DNA of 32,000 nt from assembly GCF_000018465.1 (NCBI RefSeq), contig NC_010085.1, forward strand, positions 1,020,001 through 1,052,000. The letters are read 5' to 3'. The notes under the pieces are model-generated. The model searched no databases. It saw only the letters and a list, made by a program, of their open reading frames with translations, and was not told the DNA's origin. Below, one piece after another: positions 24,800 through 31,124 of this stretch. The position numbers and the translations under genes are program-made. The stretch comes from Nitrosopumilus maritimus SCM1. Its GTDB lineage: Archaea > Thermoproteota > Nitrososphaeria > Nitrososphaerales > Nitrosopumilaceae. Every line of letters begins with the position of its first letter. Position 1 is the first letter of the stretch.

Positions 24800-25402
24800 T
24801 TAATTCATAGATTGCATCATTGGGTGATTAGACATAAGAACTTGCATTTCATCCATGTGGCTTTGCATCAGTTCTGTCATTTTCATATTAAATTCATCAT
24901 CTGTTAAATCCGAAGACAGTAATTCTTGCATTTCAGAGACATGTTTTGACATTATCTGAATCATTTCTTCCCTTGTTTCAGGATCTTGCATCATTTGCAT
25001 CATCATTTCCTGATTCATCATCATGCCTTGTCCCATCATATCTGAATTCATCATTTGATCATTATCCATCATGGATTTCATCATGTTTTGGTTTTGCATC
25101 ATCATATCCATCATCTGTGGTCGCATCTGAGGATCGTTCATCATTCTATCCATCATAGGTCCCATCATCATTTCCATGTGTTGAGGGTCATTAAGCATCA
25201 TATCGTGTATCTCATTCATTGTTTCAGGATCATTCATCATATTTCCCATCCATTGATTCATTAATTGAGGATCATTCATCATTTGGTTTTGCATGGGCAT
25301 ATTTCCAGTCATCATGGAATTAGCGGAAATTCCCAATCCCACAAGTAAACCTACTAAAAATACCCCTACAGTAATTCCTATCCATAAAGTTTGGTTAGCC
25401 AT
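24800..25402 (-). CDS. Membrane-anchored methionine-rich protein (56 Met in 200 aa) with MMNDP(Q/E) repeats
   Basis: N-terminal transmembrane helix, then a low-complexity M/N/D/Q/P region with QMMNDPQLM, NMMNDPETM, DMMLNDPQHM, RMMNDPQMR and QMMQDPETR. The exact palindrome lies 40 nt upstream. Confidence 0.7.
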   Translation of the reverse strand: MANQTLWIGITVGVFLVGLLVGLGISANSMMTGNMPMQNQMMNDPQLMNQWMGNMMNDPETMNEIHDMMLNDPQHMEMMMGPMMDRMMNDPQMRPQMMDMMMQNQNMMKSMMDNDQMMNSDMMGQGMMMNQEMMMQMMQDPETREEMIQIMSKHVSEMQELLSSDLTDDEFNMKMTELMQSHMDEMQVLMSNHPMMQSMN

Positions 25403-25441
25403 ATGGGAAAATTAGAAATGTTATGTATTAAAAAAGAGTAC

Positions 25442-25455
25442 TTTACAATTGTAAA
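25442..25455. promoter_or_regulatory. Palindrome copy tttacaattgtaaa (exact)
   Basis: 40 nt upstream of the Met-rich protein start (25402, -). Confidence 0.7.
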
Positions 25456-25477
25456 AATCTAATCCATTAATGAAAAA

Positions 25478-25526
25478 AATATTTTGAAGGAGGTGTGCTA
25501 GAGGCAAAAGTCTCCTTCAAAATATT
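25478..25526. repeat. 15-bp perfect inverted repeat AATATTTTGAAGGAG ... CTCCTTCAAAATATT with a 19-nt spacer
   Basis: The arms at 25478..25492 and 25512..25526 are exact reverse complements. It lies in a divergent promoter region where no gene ends. Confidence 0.6.
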
Positions 25527-25600
25527 GCTCTATAGATTGGGAATCAAAACAAACTACAGGCACATGTTCTGTAAACAAAATAGATACTTAACCAATATAG

Positions 25601-25614
25601 TTTACACTTGTAAA
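25601..25614. promoter_or_regulatory. Palindrome copy tttacacttgtaaa (1 mismatch)
   Basis: Distal member of a tandem pair (36-bp spacing) upstream of the cupredoxin gene at 25689. Confidence 0.6.
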
Positions 25615-25636
25615 ACAAAACGATACTCAAGGAAAT

Positions 25637-25650
25637 ATTACGATTGTAAA
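25637..25650. promoter_or_regulatory. Palindrome copy attacgattgtaaa (2 mismatches)
   Basis: 39 nt upstream of the TTG start of the cupredoxin (25689). Confidence 0.6.
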
Positions 25651-25688
25651 GTGTATTTGTTAAATATCAACTTTCAACAATTCAAACG

Positions 25689-26150
25689 TTGAGTACTCCA
25701 ACTTCTAGTCATGCTTATGGTATTGGGTTAATTACATTGCTTGTTGGGTTGTCAGCATCTGTAGTCTTTTACACTTCATTTTATCTTCCCGAATCTTTAG
25801 CAAAACCGTCTGTCTCTGAGAATATATTGGAACCTGAAAAAGAATTAATCATAGAAATTGTTCCAGGAGCAGTAATAGAAGGAAATGAAAGCTATGTTCC
25901 AAACAAAGCAACTGCACTACTTACAATAAACAACAAAGTGATTTGGAAAAATAATGACGATACTGCACACACTGTAACTCCTGATCATAGATATACAGAT
26001 GGATTTAGCGGAGAATTTGGTTCTACAGGAGTTTTAAAGCCAGGTGATACGTACGAGTTCTTATTTACAGAAGAACAAGAAATACCATATCATTGCCAAC
26101 CACATCCTTGGATGAAAGGAAAAATTTCAGTGGAGAAAAGCAGATTCTAA
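25689..26150 (+). CDS. Membrane-anchored cupredoxin (plastocyanin/amicyanin-like blue copper protein)
   Basis: Type-1 Cu ligands: DTAHTV (His) and YHCQPHPWMKGKI (Cys, His, Met). N-terminal transmembrane helix. TTG start. Confidence 0.8.
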   Translation: MSTPTSSHAYGIGLITLLVGLSASVVFYTSFYLPESLAKPSVSENILEPEKELIIEIVPGAVIEGNESYVPNKATALLTINNKVIWKNNDDTAHTVTPDHRYTDGFSGEFGSTGVLKPGDTYEFLFTEEQEIPYHCQPHPWMKGKISVEKSRF

Positions 26151-26153
26151 AAA

Positions 26154-26167
26154 CTGTCATTTGTAAA
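26154..26167. promoter_or_regulatory. Weak palindrome-like site ctgtcatttgtaaa (4 mismatches, right half-site intact)
   Basis: 74 nt upstream of the DsbA-like gene at 26241. Confidence 0.25.
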
Positions 26168-26240
26168 GTATAGAAAATAAGTATGTTAATTTTTTATAAA
26201 AAATGTTGTTTTTTAGAATTTTAAAATCAGAGGCAGTCAA

Positions 26241-26906
26241 ATGAAAATACAATACTTTTCTCTAATAGTAATTGCTGCAGGAGTAATAACAGTAGGAGCC
26301 ATATTTTCAACAACATCAAATGATTCAGAATCAATTAATCTGGACATGAATAGAAAAATCGGTACTGTTGATACATCGCTTGGCTCTCCAATACTAGGAT
26401 CACCTAATGCTCCCATTACAATAATAGAATTCGGAGATTACCAGTGTTCAAATTGCAAAAAATGGTTTCTAGACACAAAGCCGGACATTATGACAAATTA
26501 CATAGATACAGGCAAAGTTAACCTGGTCTTTGTAGATATTGCATTCCTAGGAAAGGATTCAGGTCCCGCATCAGTTGCAACTTACTGTGCCGAGGAACAA
26601 GGCAAGTATTGGGAATATCACGGATTTTTGTATTCAAATCAAATGTCAATTGACAATGGCTGGGCTAATTCAGACAGTTTGAAAGGCTATGCAAACAATC
26701 TAGGACTAAATATGGAGATGTTTGTAAGCTGTCTTGATTCTGAGAAATATTCAAAACGTGTTCAATTCAACACAGATGAGTCAAAAAGAAACGGAGTCAC
26801 AGGTACGCCCACATTTTTCGTCATAGGACCTAACGGCGAACAAGAGAAAATAGCAGGGCCACAACCATACACGGTATTTGAAAAGACAATCGAGTCAATG
26901 ACATAA
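26241..26906 (+). CDS. DsbA-like thioredoxin-fold thiol:disulfide oxidoreductase (active site CSNC)
   Basis: ITIIEFGDYQCSNCKKWF and GTPTFFV (the cis-Pro loop region). N-terminal anchor. Confidence 0.85.
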   Translation: MKIQYFSLIVIAAGVITVGAIFSTTSNDSESINLDMNRKIGTVDTSLGSPILGSPNAPITIIEFGDYQCSNCKKWFLDTKPDIMTNYIDTGKVNLVFVDIAFLGKDSGPASVATYCAEEQGKYWEYHGFLYSNQMSIDNGWANSDSLKGYANNLGLNMEMFVSCLDSEKYSKRVQFNTDESKRNGVTGTPTFFVIGPNGEQEKIAGPQPYTVFEKTIESMT

Positions 26907-26942
26907 GGAAACAATTCTAACGACATGGTAAGGAATTGTTTT

Positions 26943-26956
26943 CTTACAATTGTAAA
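26943..26956. promoter_or_regulatory. Palindrome copy cttacaattgtaaa (1 mismatch)
   Basis: 39 nt upstream of the CcdA-like gene start (26995). GTTAAGTATCAAAA follows after 8 nt. Confidence 0.7.
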
Positions 26957-26964
26957 GCCTACTT

Positions 26965-26978
26965 GTTAAGTATCAAAA
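26965..26978 (+). promoter_or_regulatory. Conserved block GTTAAGTATCAAAA (putative TATA/core promoter), copy 2
   Basis: Identical to 23868..23881, with the same 22-nt offset from its palindrome. Confidence 0.45.
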
Positions 26979-26994
26979 TTGAGTGTAGAGGAAC

Positions 26995-27993
26995 ATGTCA
27001 ACGGTGGTAATTGCAAAAAAATCAATGGTAATAATTTCATTTGCATTATTTTCATTAATCTTTCTTGGAATAATTTTTTCGCTTGGAACAAATTTTACAA
27101 TAGAAGGTAAAGAACACACAACATACCTCTCATGGATAGTAATTGCATATGTTGCAGGATTGTCCATGATTGTTCTTCCATGTACACTGCCACTGGTATT
27201 CATCATAGTTCCACTAAGTATGGGACAAGGGTACAAGAAAGGATTAGCCATGGCATTACTTTTTGGTCTAGGACTAGTCATTACAATTGCATCTTATGGA
27301 ATTGCAATTGCAGGAATTGGGCAAAGTGCATCACTAGACCAAGCATCAACTATCATGTTCTTAATTGCAGGAATTGCGGCATTTGTCTTTGGATTATCAC
27401 AACTAAAAATTATTTCATTAAAGCTACCATCGTATTCAGGAACTCCAAAGTTTATCCAGAACAGAGGAGAATATACAAAATCATTTTTCATGGGATTACT
27501 ATTAGGAAATGCAGGAGTTGGATGCCCCAATCCGTTGTTTTACTGGCTACTAATCTACATTGCAGGAACAGGCAGTATCGAAGTCGGAGCTTCATTAGGA
27601 GTAGTTCACGGAGTTGGAAGGGCAATTCCCCTAATTTTGATGTCAGTTCTTGCAGTAATTGGAATCAATGCAACAAAGAGTTTGACTCTAAAACGAGAAT
27701 CAATTGAGCGAGCATCAGGATGGATGCTAATAGTGATTGGGGCATTTTTGATAATCAACGGACTGCCAGAGGGACACGAATGGTACGAAGAACTATTCAT
27801 CCATCAAGGATGGAATCAACTCGTTGAGATGACAGGAATACCAGCAGAATTTGAGATGGACGAACATACACATGACCACGGACATGTAGAAGGAAGAGAT
27901 TTCAAAGTATTTTACACAGCTTTGTTAGCGGTATTGGTATTGAGTCCGTTGTTCATACGTTCAGTTAGAAAAATCAGGGAGGTGAATGCATGA
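26995..27993 (+). CDS. CcdA/DsbD-family transmembrane thiol:disulfide electron transporter with a His-rich C-terminal loop
   Basis: Membrane-embedded Cys motifs LPCTLPL and GCPNPLF are typical of the DsbD_2/CcdA family. C-terminal EMDEHTHDHGHVEG is followed by a last transmembrane helix. Confidence 0.8.
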   Translation: MSTVVIAKKSMVIISFALFSLIFLGIIFSLGTNFTIEGKEHTTYLSWIVIAYVAGLSMIVLPCTLPLVFIIVPLSMGQGYKKGLAMALLFGLGLVITIASYGIAIAGIGQSASLDQASTIMFLIAGIAAFVFGLSQLKIISLKLPSYSGTPKFIQNRGEYTKSFFMGLLLGNAGVGCPNPLFYWLLIYIAGTGSIEVGASLGVVHGVGRAIPLILMSVLAVIGINATKSLTLKRESIERASGWMLIVIGAFLIINGLPEGHEWYEELFIHQGWNQLVEMTGIPAEFEMDEHTHDHGHVEGRDFKVFYTALLAVLVLSPLFIRSVRKIREVNA

Positions 27994-28130
27994 AAGATCC
28001 TGTATGTGGAATGGAGATTGAAGAAAAAGGAGAAGTTTTTTCTTACAATGGAAAAGATTATCGTTTTTGTTGTGCCAGCTGTAAATGGGCATTTGAAAAT
28101 AATCCAGAGCAATTTGAAAATGAATCATAA
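27990..28130 (+). CDS. YHS/TRASH-domain small metal-binding protein (46 aa; not in the ORF track)
   Basis: Hand translation gives MKDPVCGMEIEEKGEVFSYNGKDYRFCCASCKWAFENNPEQFENES, a textbook YHS pattern (DPVCGM...Y.FC...C...F). Its ATG overlaps the CcdA stop as ATGA. Confidence 0.7.
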   Translation: MKDPVCGMEIEEKGEVFSYNGKDYRFCCASCKWAFENNPEQFENES

Positions 28131-28350
28131 GATAGAAATTCTAACAACGCCATCTTGTGGAAATTGCAAAGTGGTAGAGGCAATGCTAGATGAAATGAAT
28201 ATAAAATACACAGTAATTGACGTCACAGAAAAACCAGAATACTTGGAAAAGTATCCAATATTTACTGCACCCGGAGTTGTAATTGACGACAAGCTTGTAT
28301 TTACAGGAATTCCAAAAAAACACGAATTACTTGAAAAACTATCTGCATAG
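28120..28350 (+). CDS. Small thioredoxin/glutaredoxin-like protein (active site CGNC, 76 aa)
   Basis: MNHKIEILTTPSCGNCKVVEAML...APGVVID is a Grx/Trx-like fold. The track ORF 28006..28350 is over-extended at its 5' end. The internal ATG at 28120 overlaps the YHS gene by 11 nt. Confidence 0.7.
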   Translation: MNHKIEILTTPSCGNCKVVEAMLDEMNIKYTVIDVTEKPEYLEKYPIFTAPGVVIDDKLVFTGIPKKHELLEKLSA

Positions 28351-28372
28351 TTTTATTATTGCAGATATCTTT

Positions 28373-28392
28373 TTGACTTTGTAAAAAGTCAA
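28373..28392. terminator. Hairpin TTGACTTT-GTAA-AAAGTCAA downstream of the thioredoxin-like gene
   Basis: 8-bp stem and 4-nt loop, 23 nt after the stop at 28350. It is preceded by a T-rich run (ttttattatt) and lies between convergent genes. Confidence 0.3.
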
Positions 28393-28464
28393 GGTGTCAA
28401 CAGTTACAATGCCAAAATTAACAGTTTTGATTATTGATTAAAATAAAATGCTTTAACTCCACAA

Positions 28465-29598
28465 TTATGATCCAGGCCTTGGTTCAAGAGTAAGAACGAC
28501 ATTAATTGCCTTACCATCTCTAATGATTCCCAAATCTAGTGTGTCGCCAACATTTTTCTCACGTTGCAAATGTGTTAAAAGATCATCAATTTTTCTTACT
28601 TCCTTTCCATCAATGGATAAAATAATATCTCCACCTATAGTATACTCAATTTCATCATACACTGCAGTTTCAGATGAGCCTCTAAGGCCTGCTTTATTGG
28701 CAGGACTGTCTTTTACAACTGTCATAACTAAAACACCTTTTGCATCTTCGAGATTCAATAGTTCTGCAAGATCAGGGGTAATGTTTGCACTAGAAATTCC
28801 AACCCAAGGATGATGAAATTCCCCATCCGTAATCAAAACAGGGACAATTTTTAAAATAACATTTGATGGAATTGAAAATCCAACACCTGAAAAGCTACCA
28901 TCACTTGAATAAATTGCAGTGTTTACCCCAACTACTTCGCCTTTCATATTCAATAGTGGTCCTCCCGAATTTCCTGGATTGATTGCAGTATCTGTCTGGA
29001 TTACATCAGGAATGGAAAATCCAACACCTGTAGGCAACAATCGTCCTAATTGACTCACAATTCCAGAAGTCATAGAGCCTGACAATCCAAAGGGATTACC
29101 TATTGCAGTTATTTGCTCTCCTACTTTGAGATTAGAGGAATCACCTATTGGTAGAGGGTAAAGTTTTTCAGAATTTACATCAATTTTGAGTACTGCGATA
29201 TCTGCATAAGGATCAGTTCCTACAACTTTTGCACGATAAGATGTTCCGTCAGTAAAAGTTACATCAATTTTCTTACTATCCCTTACCACATGATTGTTTG
29301 TTATGATGTGACCCTCCTTGTCAAAAATAAATCCAGAGCCAACACCACTAGCATCTCCATGAGGGGATGTTTTTGTAACTGCAATACTTACTACACCAAA
29401 TTCTGAGCGTTCAAATATTTCAACAAGTGAAAGGTCAGAAGAGGATTCAACATTAGATTGAAGATTCTCAGAGGAGTAGGAATTGTCTTGTGCAAGTACA
29501 GGTGACAGAAACGCAACAGACAGCCCCAACATCAAAACAACGCTAAAGACTACTCCTCCAAGCAAAATTTTTGAATTATTTCTAAACAAGCAATGCAC
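28465..29598 (-). CDS. HtrA/DegP-family serine protease with a C-terminal PDZ domain, exported
   Basis: Catalytic motifs TNNHV, DIAVLK and GNSGGPLL are present. A PDZ-like C-terminus, a signal anchor and a GTG start complete the picture. Confidence 0.9.
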   Translation of the reverse strand: MHCLFRNNSKILLGGVVFSVVLMLGLSVAFLSPVLAQDNSYSSENLQSNVESSSDLSLVEIFERSEFGVVSIAVTKTSPHGDASGVGSGFIFDKEGHIITNNHVVRDSKKIDVTFTDGTSYRAKVVGTDPYADIAVLKIDVNSEKLYPLPIGDSSNLKVGEQITAIGNPFGLSGSMTSGIVSQLGRLLPTGVGFSIPDVIQTDTAINPGNSGGPLLNMKGEVVGVNTAIYSSDGSFSGVGFSIPSNVILKIVPVLITDGEFHHPWVGISSANITPDLAELLNLEDAKGVLVMTVVKDSPANKAGLRGSSETAVYDEIEYTIGGDIILSIDGKEVRKIDDLLTHLQREKNVGDTLDLGIIRDGKAINVVLTLEPRPGS

Positions 29599-29643
29599 CT
29601 AATACAAAAAAAAGATAGATTATGGGATAAATAACAATAGTAT

Positions 29644-29657
29644 TTTACAATTGTAAA
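29644..29657. promoter_or_regulatory. Palindrome copy tttacaattgtaaa (exact)
   Basis: 46 nt upstream of the HtrA start (29598, -) and 2 nt after the stop of the Lrp-TRASH regulator gene. Confidence 0.7.
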
Positions 29658-29658
29658 A

Positions 29659-30102
29659 TTAATTTTCTTCTCTTGCTTTTTCTATGAGAGATTGAATACG
29701 TCCATTGTTTTTTTCTTTGTATTGAGTTTTGCAGGTGTTGCAACAAAAAAATCTCTCAAAATTTGCAAATTTGTAAACATGAGGTTTTTGTCCAACAGGA
29801 CCCTCACAGAAATCACATTTGAGTTTTACAGACATTCCAGATTCTAAAGAAACATCATGATGACCATCAGAATGACAACTGCACGTTTCAATTTTTTCTT
29901 TGTGGTCGCTATCAAGATTTGATGAATCAATAATAGGAGAAATGGATTTTATTAAACCAATATTAACCAGTCTTTGATATCTTGCCTGAATTGTAGGAGT
30001 ACTAATGTCCAGTTCACGTGAGATTTGTCTAAAGGACTTTCTTCCATCTTCCTGCAAAGACTGGATTATTCCAATATCTACTTCATCTAATTCATGAGGC
30101 AT
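29659..30102 (-). CDS. Lrp/AsnC-type HTH + TRASH-domain transcriptional regulator (CopR-like putative metal sensor)
   Basis: The N-terminal IGIIQSLQEDGRKSFRQISRELDISTPTIQARYQRLVNIGLI is an AsnC-type HTH. A Cys/His linker CSCHSDGHH follows. The C-terminal CDFC-x20-CCNTC matches the TRASH pattern C-x2-C-x19-22-C-x3-C. Confidence 0.8.
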   Translation of the reverse strand: MPHELDEVDIGIIQSLQEDGRKSFRQISRELDISTPTIQARYQRLVNIGLIKSISPIIDSSNLDSDHKEKIETCSCHSDGHHDVSLESGMSVKLKCDFCEGPVGQKPHVYKFANFERFFCCNTCKTQYKEKNNGRIQSLIEKAREEN

Positions 30103-30140
30103 GGATTATCATACAATCTTTCCATATTTATGAACCAAAC

Positions 30141-30154
30141 TTTACAATTGTAAA
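30141..30154. promoter_or_regulatory. Palindrome copy tttacaattgtaaa (exact) in the regulator's own promoter
   Basis: 39 nt upstream of the ATG of the Lrp-TRASH regulator (30102, -). A TATA-like cataaatatgg lies between them. Confidence 0.7.
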
Positions 30155-30212
30155 ATTACAAAAATGCTAGTTATTGGCTAGAGATGAGTATTATCTATGA
30201 AATCTTACTTCA

Positions 30213-31010
30213 TTACCTGTTTAATTGCCCGTCAATGACTCTCTGAAATGTAGAGTATGGCTGAGCCCCAGATATAGGAGTAAATCCGATATCTGCATTT
30301 CCTACAAAGAATCCAGGAGTTCCAGAGACACCATACGTGCGCCCATCATTGAGATCATTTTGAACCTCCTCAATGTATTTTCCTGAATCCAAACAAGAAT
30401 CAAACTCGATAGAATCAAGACCCAGTTCTGATGCATATTGCTTGTAAAGTGTAACAGATTGAGCAACAGGCAGGTCTTTCCAAATTTGTTGGTCTTCAAA
30501 AATCATGTCATGCATCTCCCAGAACTTTCCTTGATCATCAGCGCATTCAGATGCCAGTGCTGCAGGAACAGCATTTGGATGAATGTTTTGAATTGGGAAA
30601 TCTCTGTAAACAAAGTTCACTTTTCCTGTTTGGATATAGTTTTGCTCTATTAGTGGAAGTGTTGTCTCATGAAATTTTGCGCAAAATGGGCACTGGAAAT
30701 CAGAGAATTCAACTATGGTAATTGATGCGTTTGGATTTCCCTTCATAGGATCATCATCAAAAGAGATGTTTCTAATAATCTGAGGCCCAAATTGTTGTTG
30801 AGAAGCAGTACTTGGTTGCAGGTTTGGAACAGATTCCCTTATGACAACTTCTTTTGGCTCAGCAGTCTCTCCACCAATTACATAACCTCCCAAAAATGCA
30901 GAAACGATAGATACTGCAACAATTGCCACAATTAGCCGATTAAATGTGGATTTGCTTACAGAGATTTCTTTGTCTGGTTTTTGATCCTCAATGAATTCAA
31001 AATCTTCCAC
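30213..31010 (-). CDS. DsbA-like thioredoxin-fold thiol:disulfide oxidoreductase (active site CPFC), membrane-anchored
   Basis: ITIVEFSDFQCPFCAKFH and GTPGFFV. It has a transmembrane helix after an acidic N-terminus and a GTG start. Confidence 0.85.
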   Translation of the reverse strand: MEDFEFIEDQKPDKEISVSKSTFNRLIVAIVAVSIVSAFLGGYVIGGETAEPKEVVIRESVPNLQPSTASQQQFGPQIIRNISFDDDPMKGNPNASITIVEFSDFQCPFCAKFHETTLPLIEQNYIQTGKVNFVYRDFPIQNIHPNAVPAALASECADDQGKFWEMHDMIFEDQQIWKDLPVAQSVTLYKQYASELGLDSIEFDSCLDSGKYIEEVQNDLNDGRTYGVSGTPGFFVGNADIGFTPISGAQPYSTFQRVIDGQLNR

Positions 31011-31047
31011 ACAACATGTAATTTCTCAAGAAATATAATAACAGGTC

Positions 31048-31061
31048 TTTACAATTGTAAG
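31048..31061. promoter_or_regulatory. Palindrome copy tttacaattgtaag (1 mismatch)
   Basis: 38 nt upstream of the GTG start of the DsbA-like gene (31010, -). Confidence 0.65.
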
Positions 31062-31124
31062 GAATATCAGAATTTTAAAAAAAATAACACATATCAAGAA
31101 ATGTACAGAATAAATCAGATAATT

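Noticed and set aside
25055-25264. His-rich 69-aa ORF (HH runs) on the + strand, tempting as a metal-binding peptide
   Set aside because: It is the antisense mirror of the Met-rich gene, because ATG codons read as CAT (His) on the other strand. The minus-strand ORF is longer. It has a transmembrane anchor, a palindrome at the canonical distance and operon continuity with the DsbA-like gene.
27132-27707. 191-aa Cys/Arg-rich ORF on the + strand
   Set aside because: It is an out-of-frame overlap with the CcdA-like gene, which has clear family motifs. The composition is typical of a shadow frame.
28006-28119. The 5' 38 codons of track ORF 28006..28350
   Set aside because: This stretch overlaps, in another frame, a textbook YHS-domain ORF (27990..28130). 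The thioredoxin-like domain begins at the internal ATG at 28120 (MNHKIEILTTPSCGNC), so the extension is judged an artefact.
29764-29777. Palindrome-like tgcaaatttgtaaa inside the Lrp-TRASH regulator coding sequence
   Set aside because: Only 11 of 14 positions match and only one half-site is intact. It lies within codons for the conserved TRASH region (YKFANFERFF), so it is most simply coincidental.
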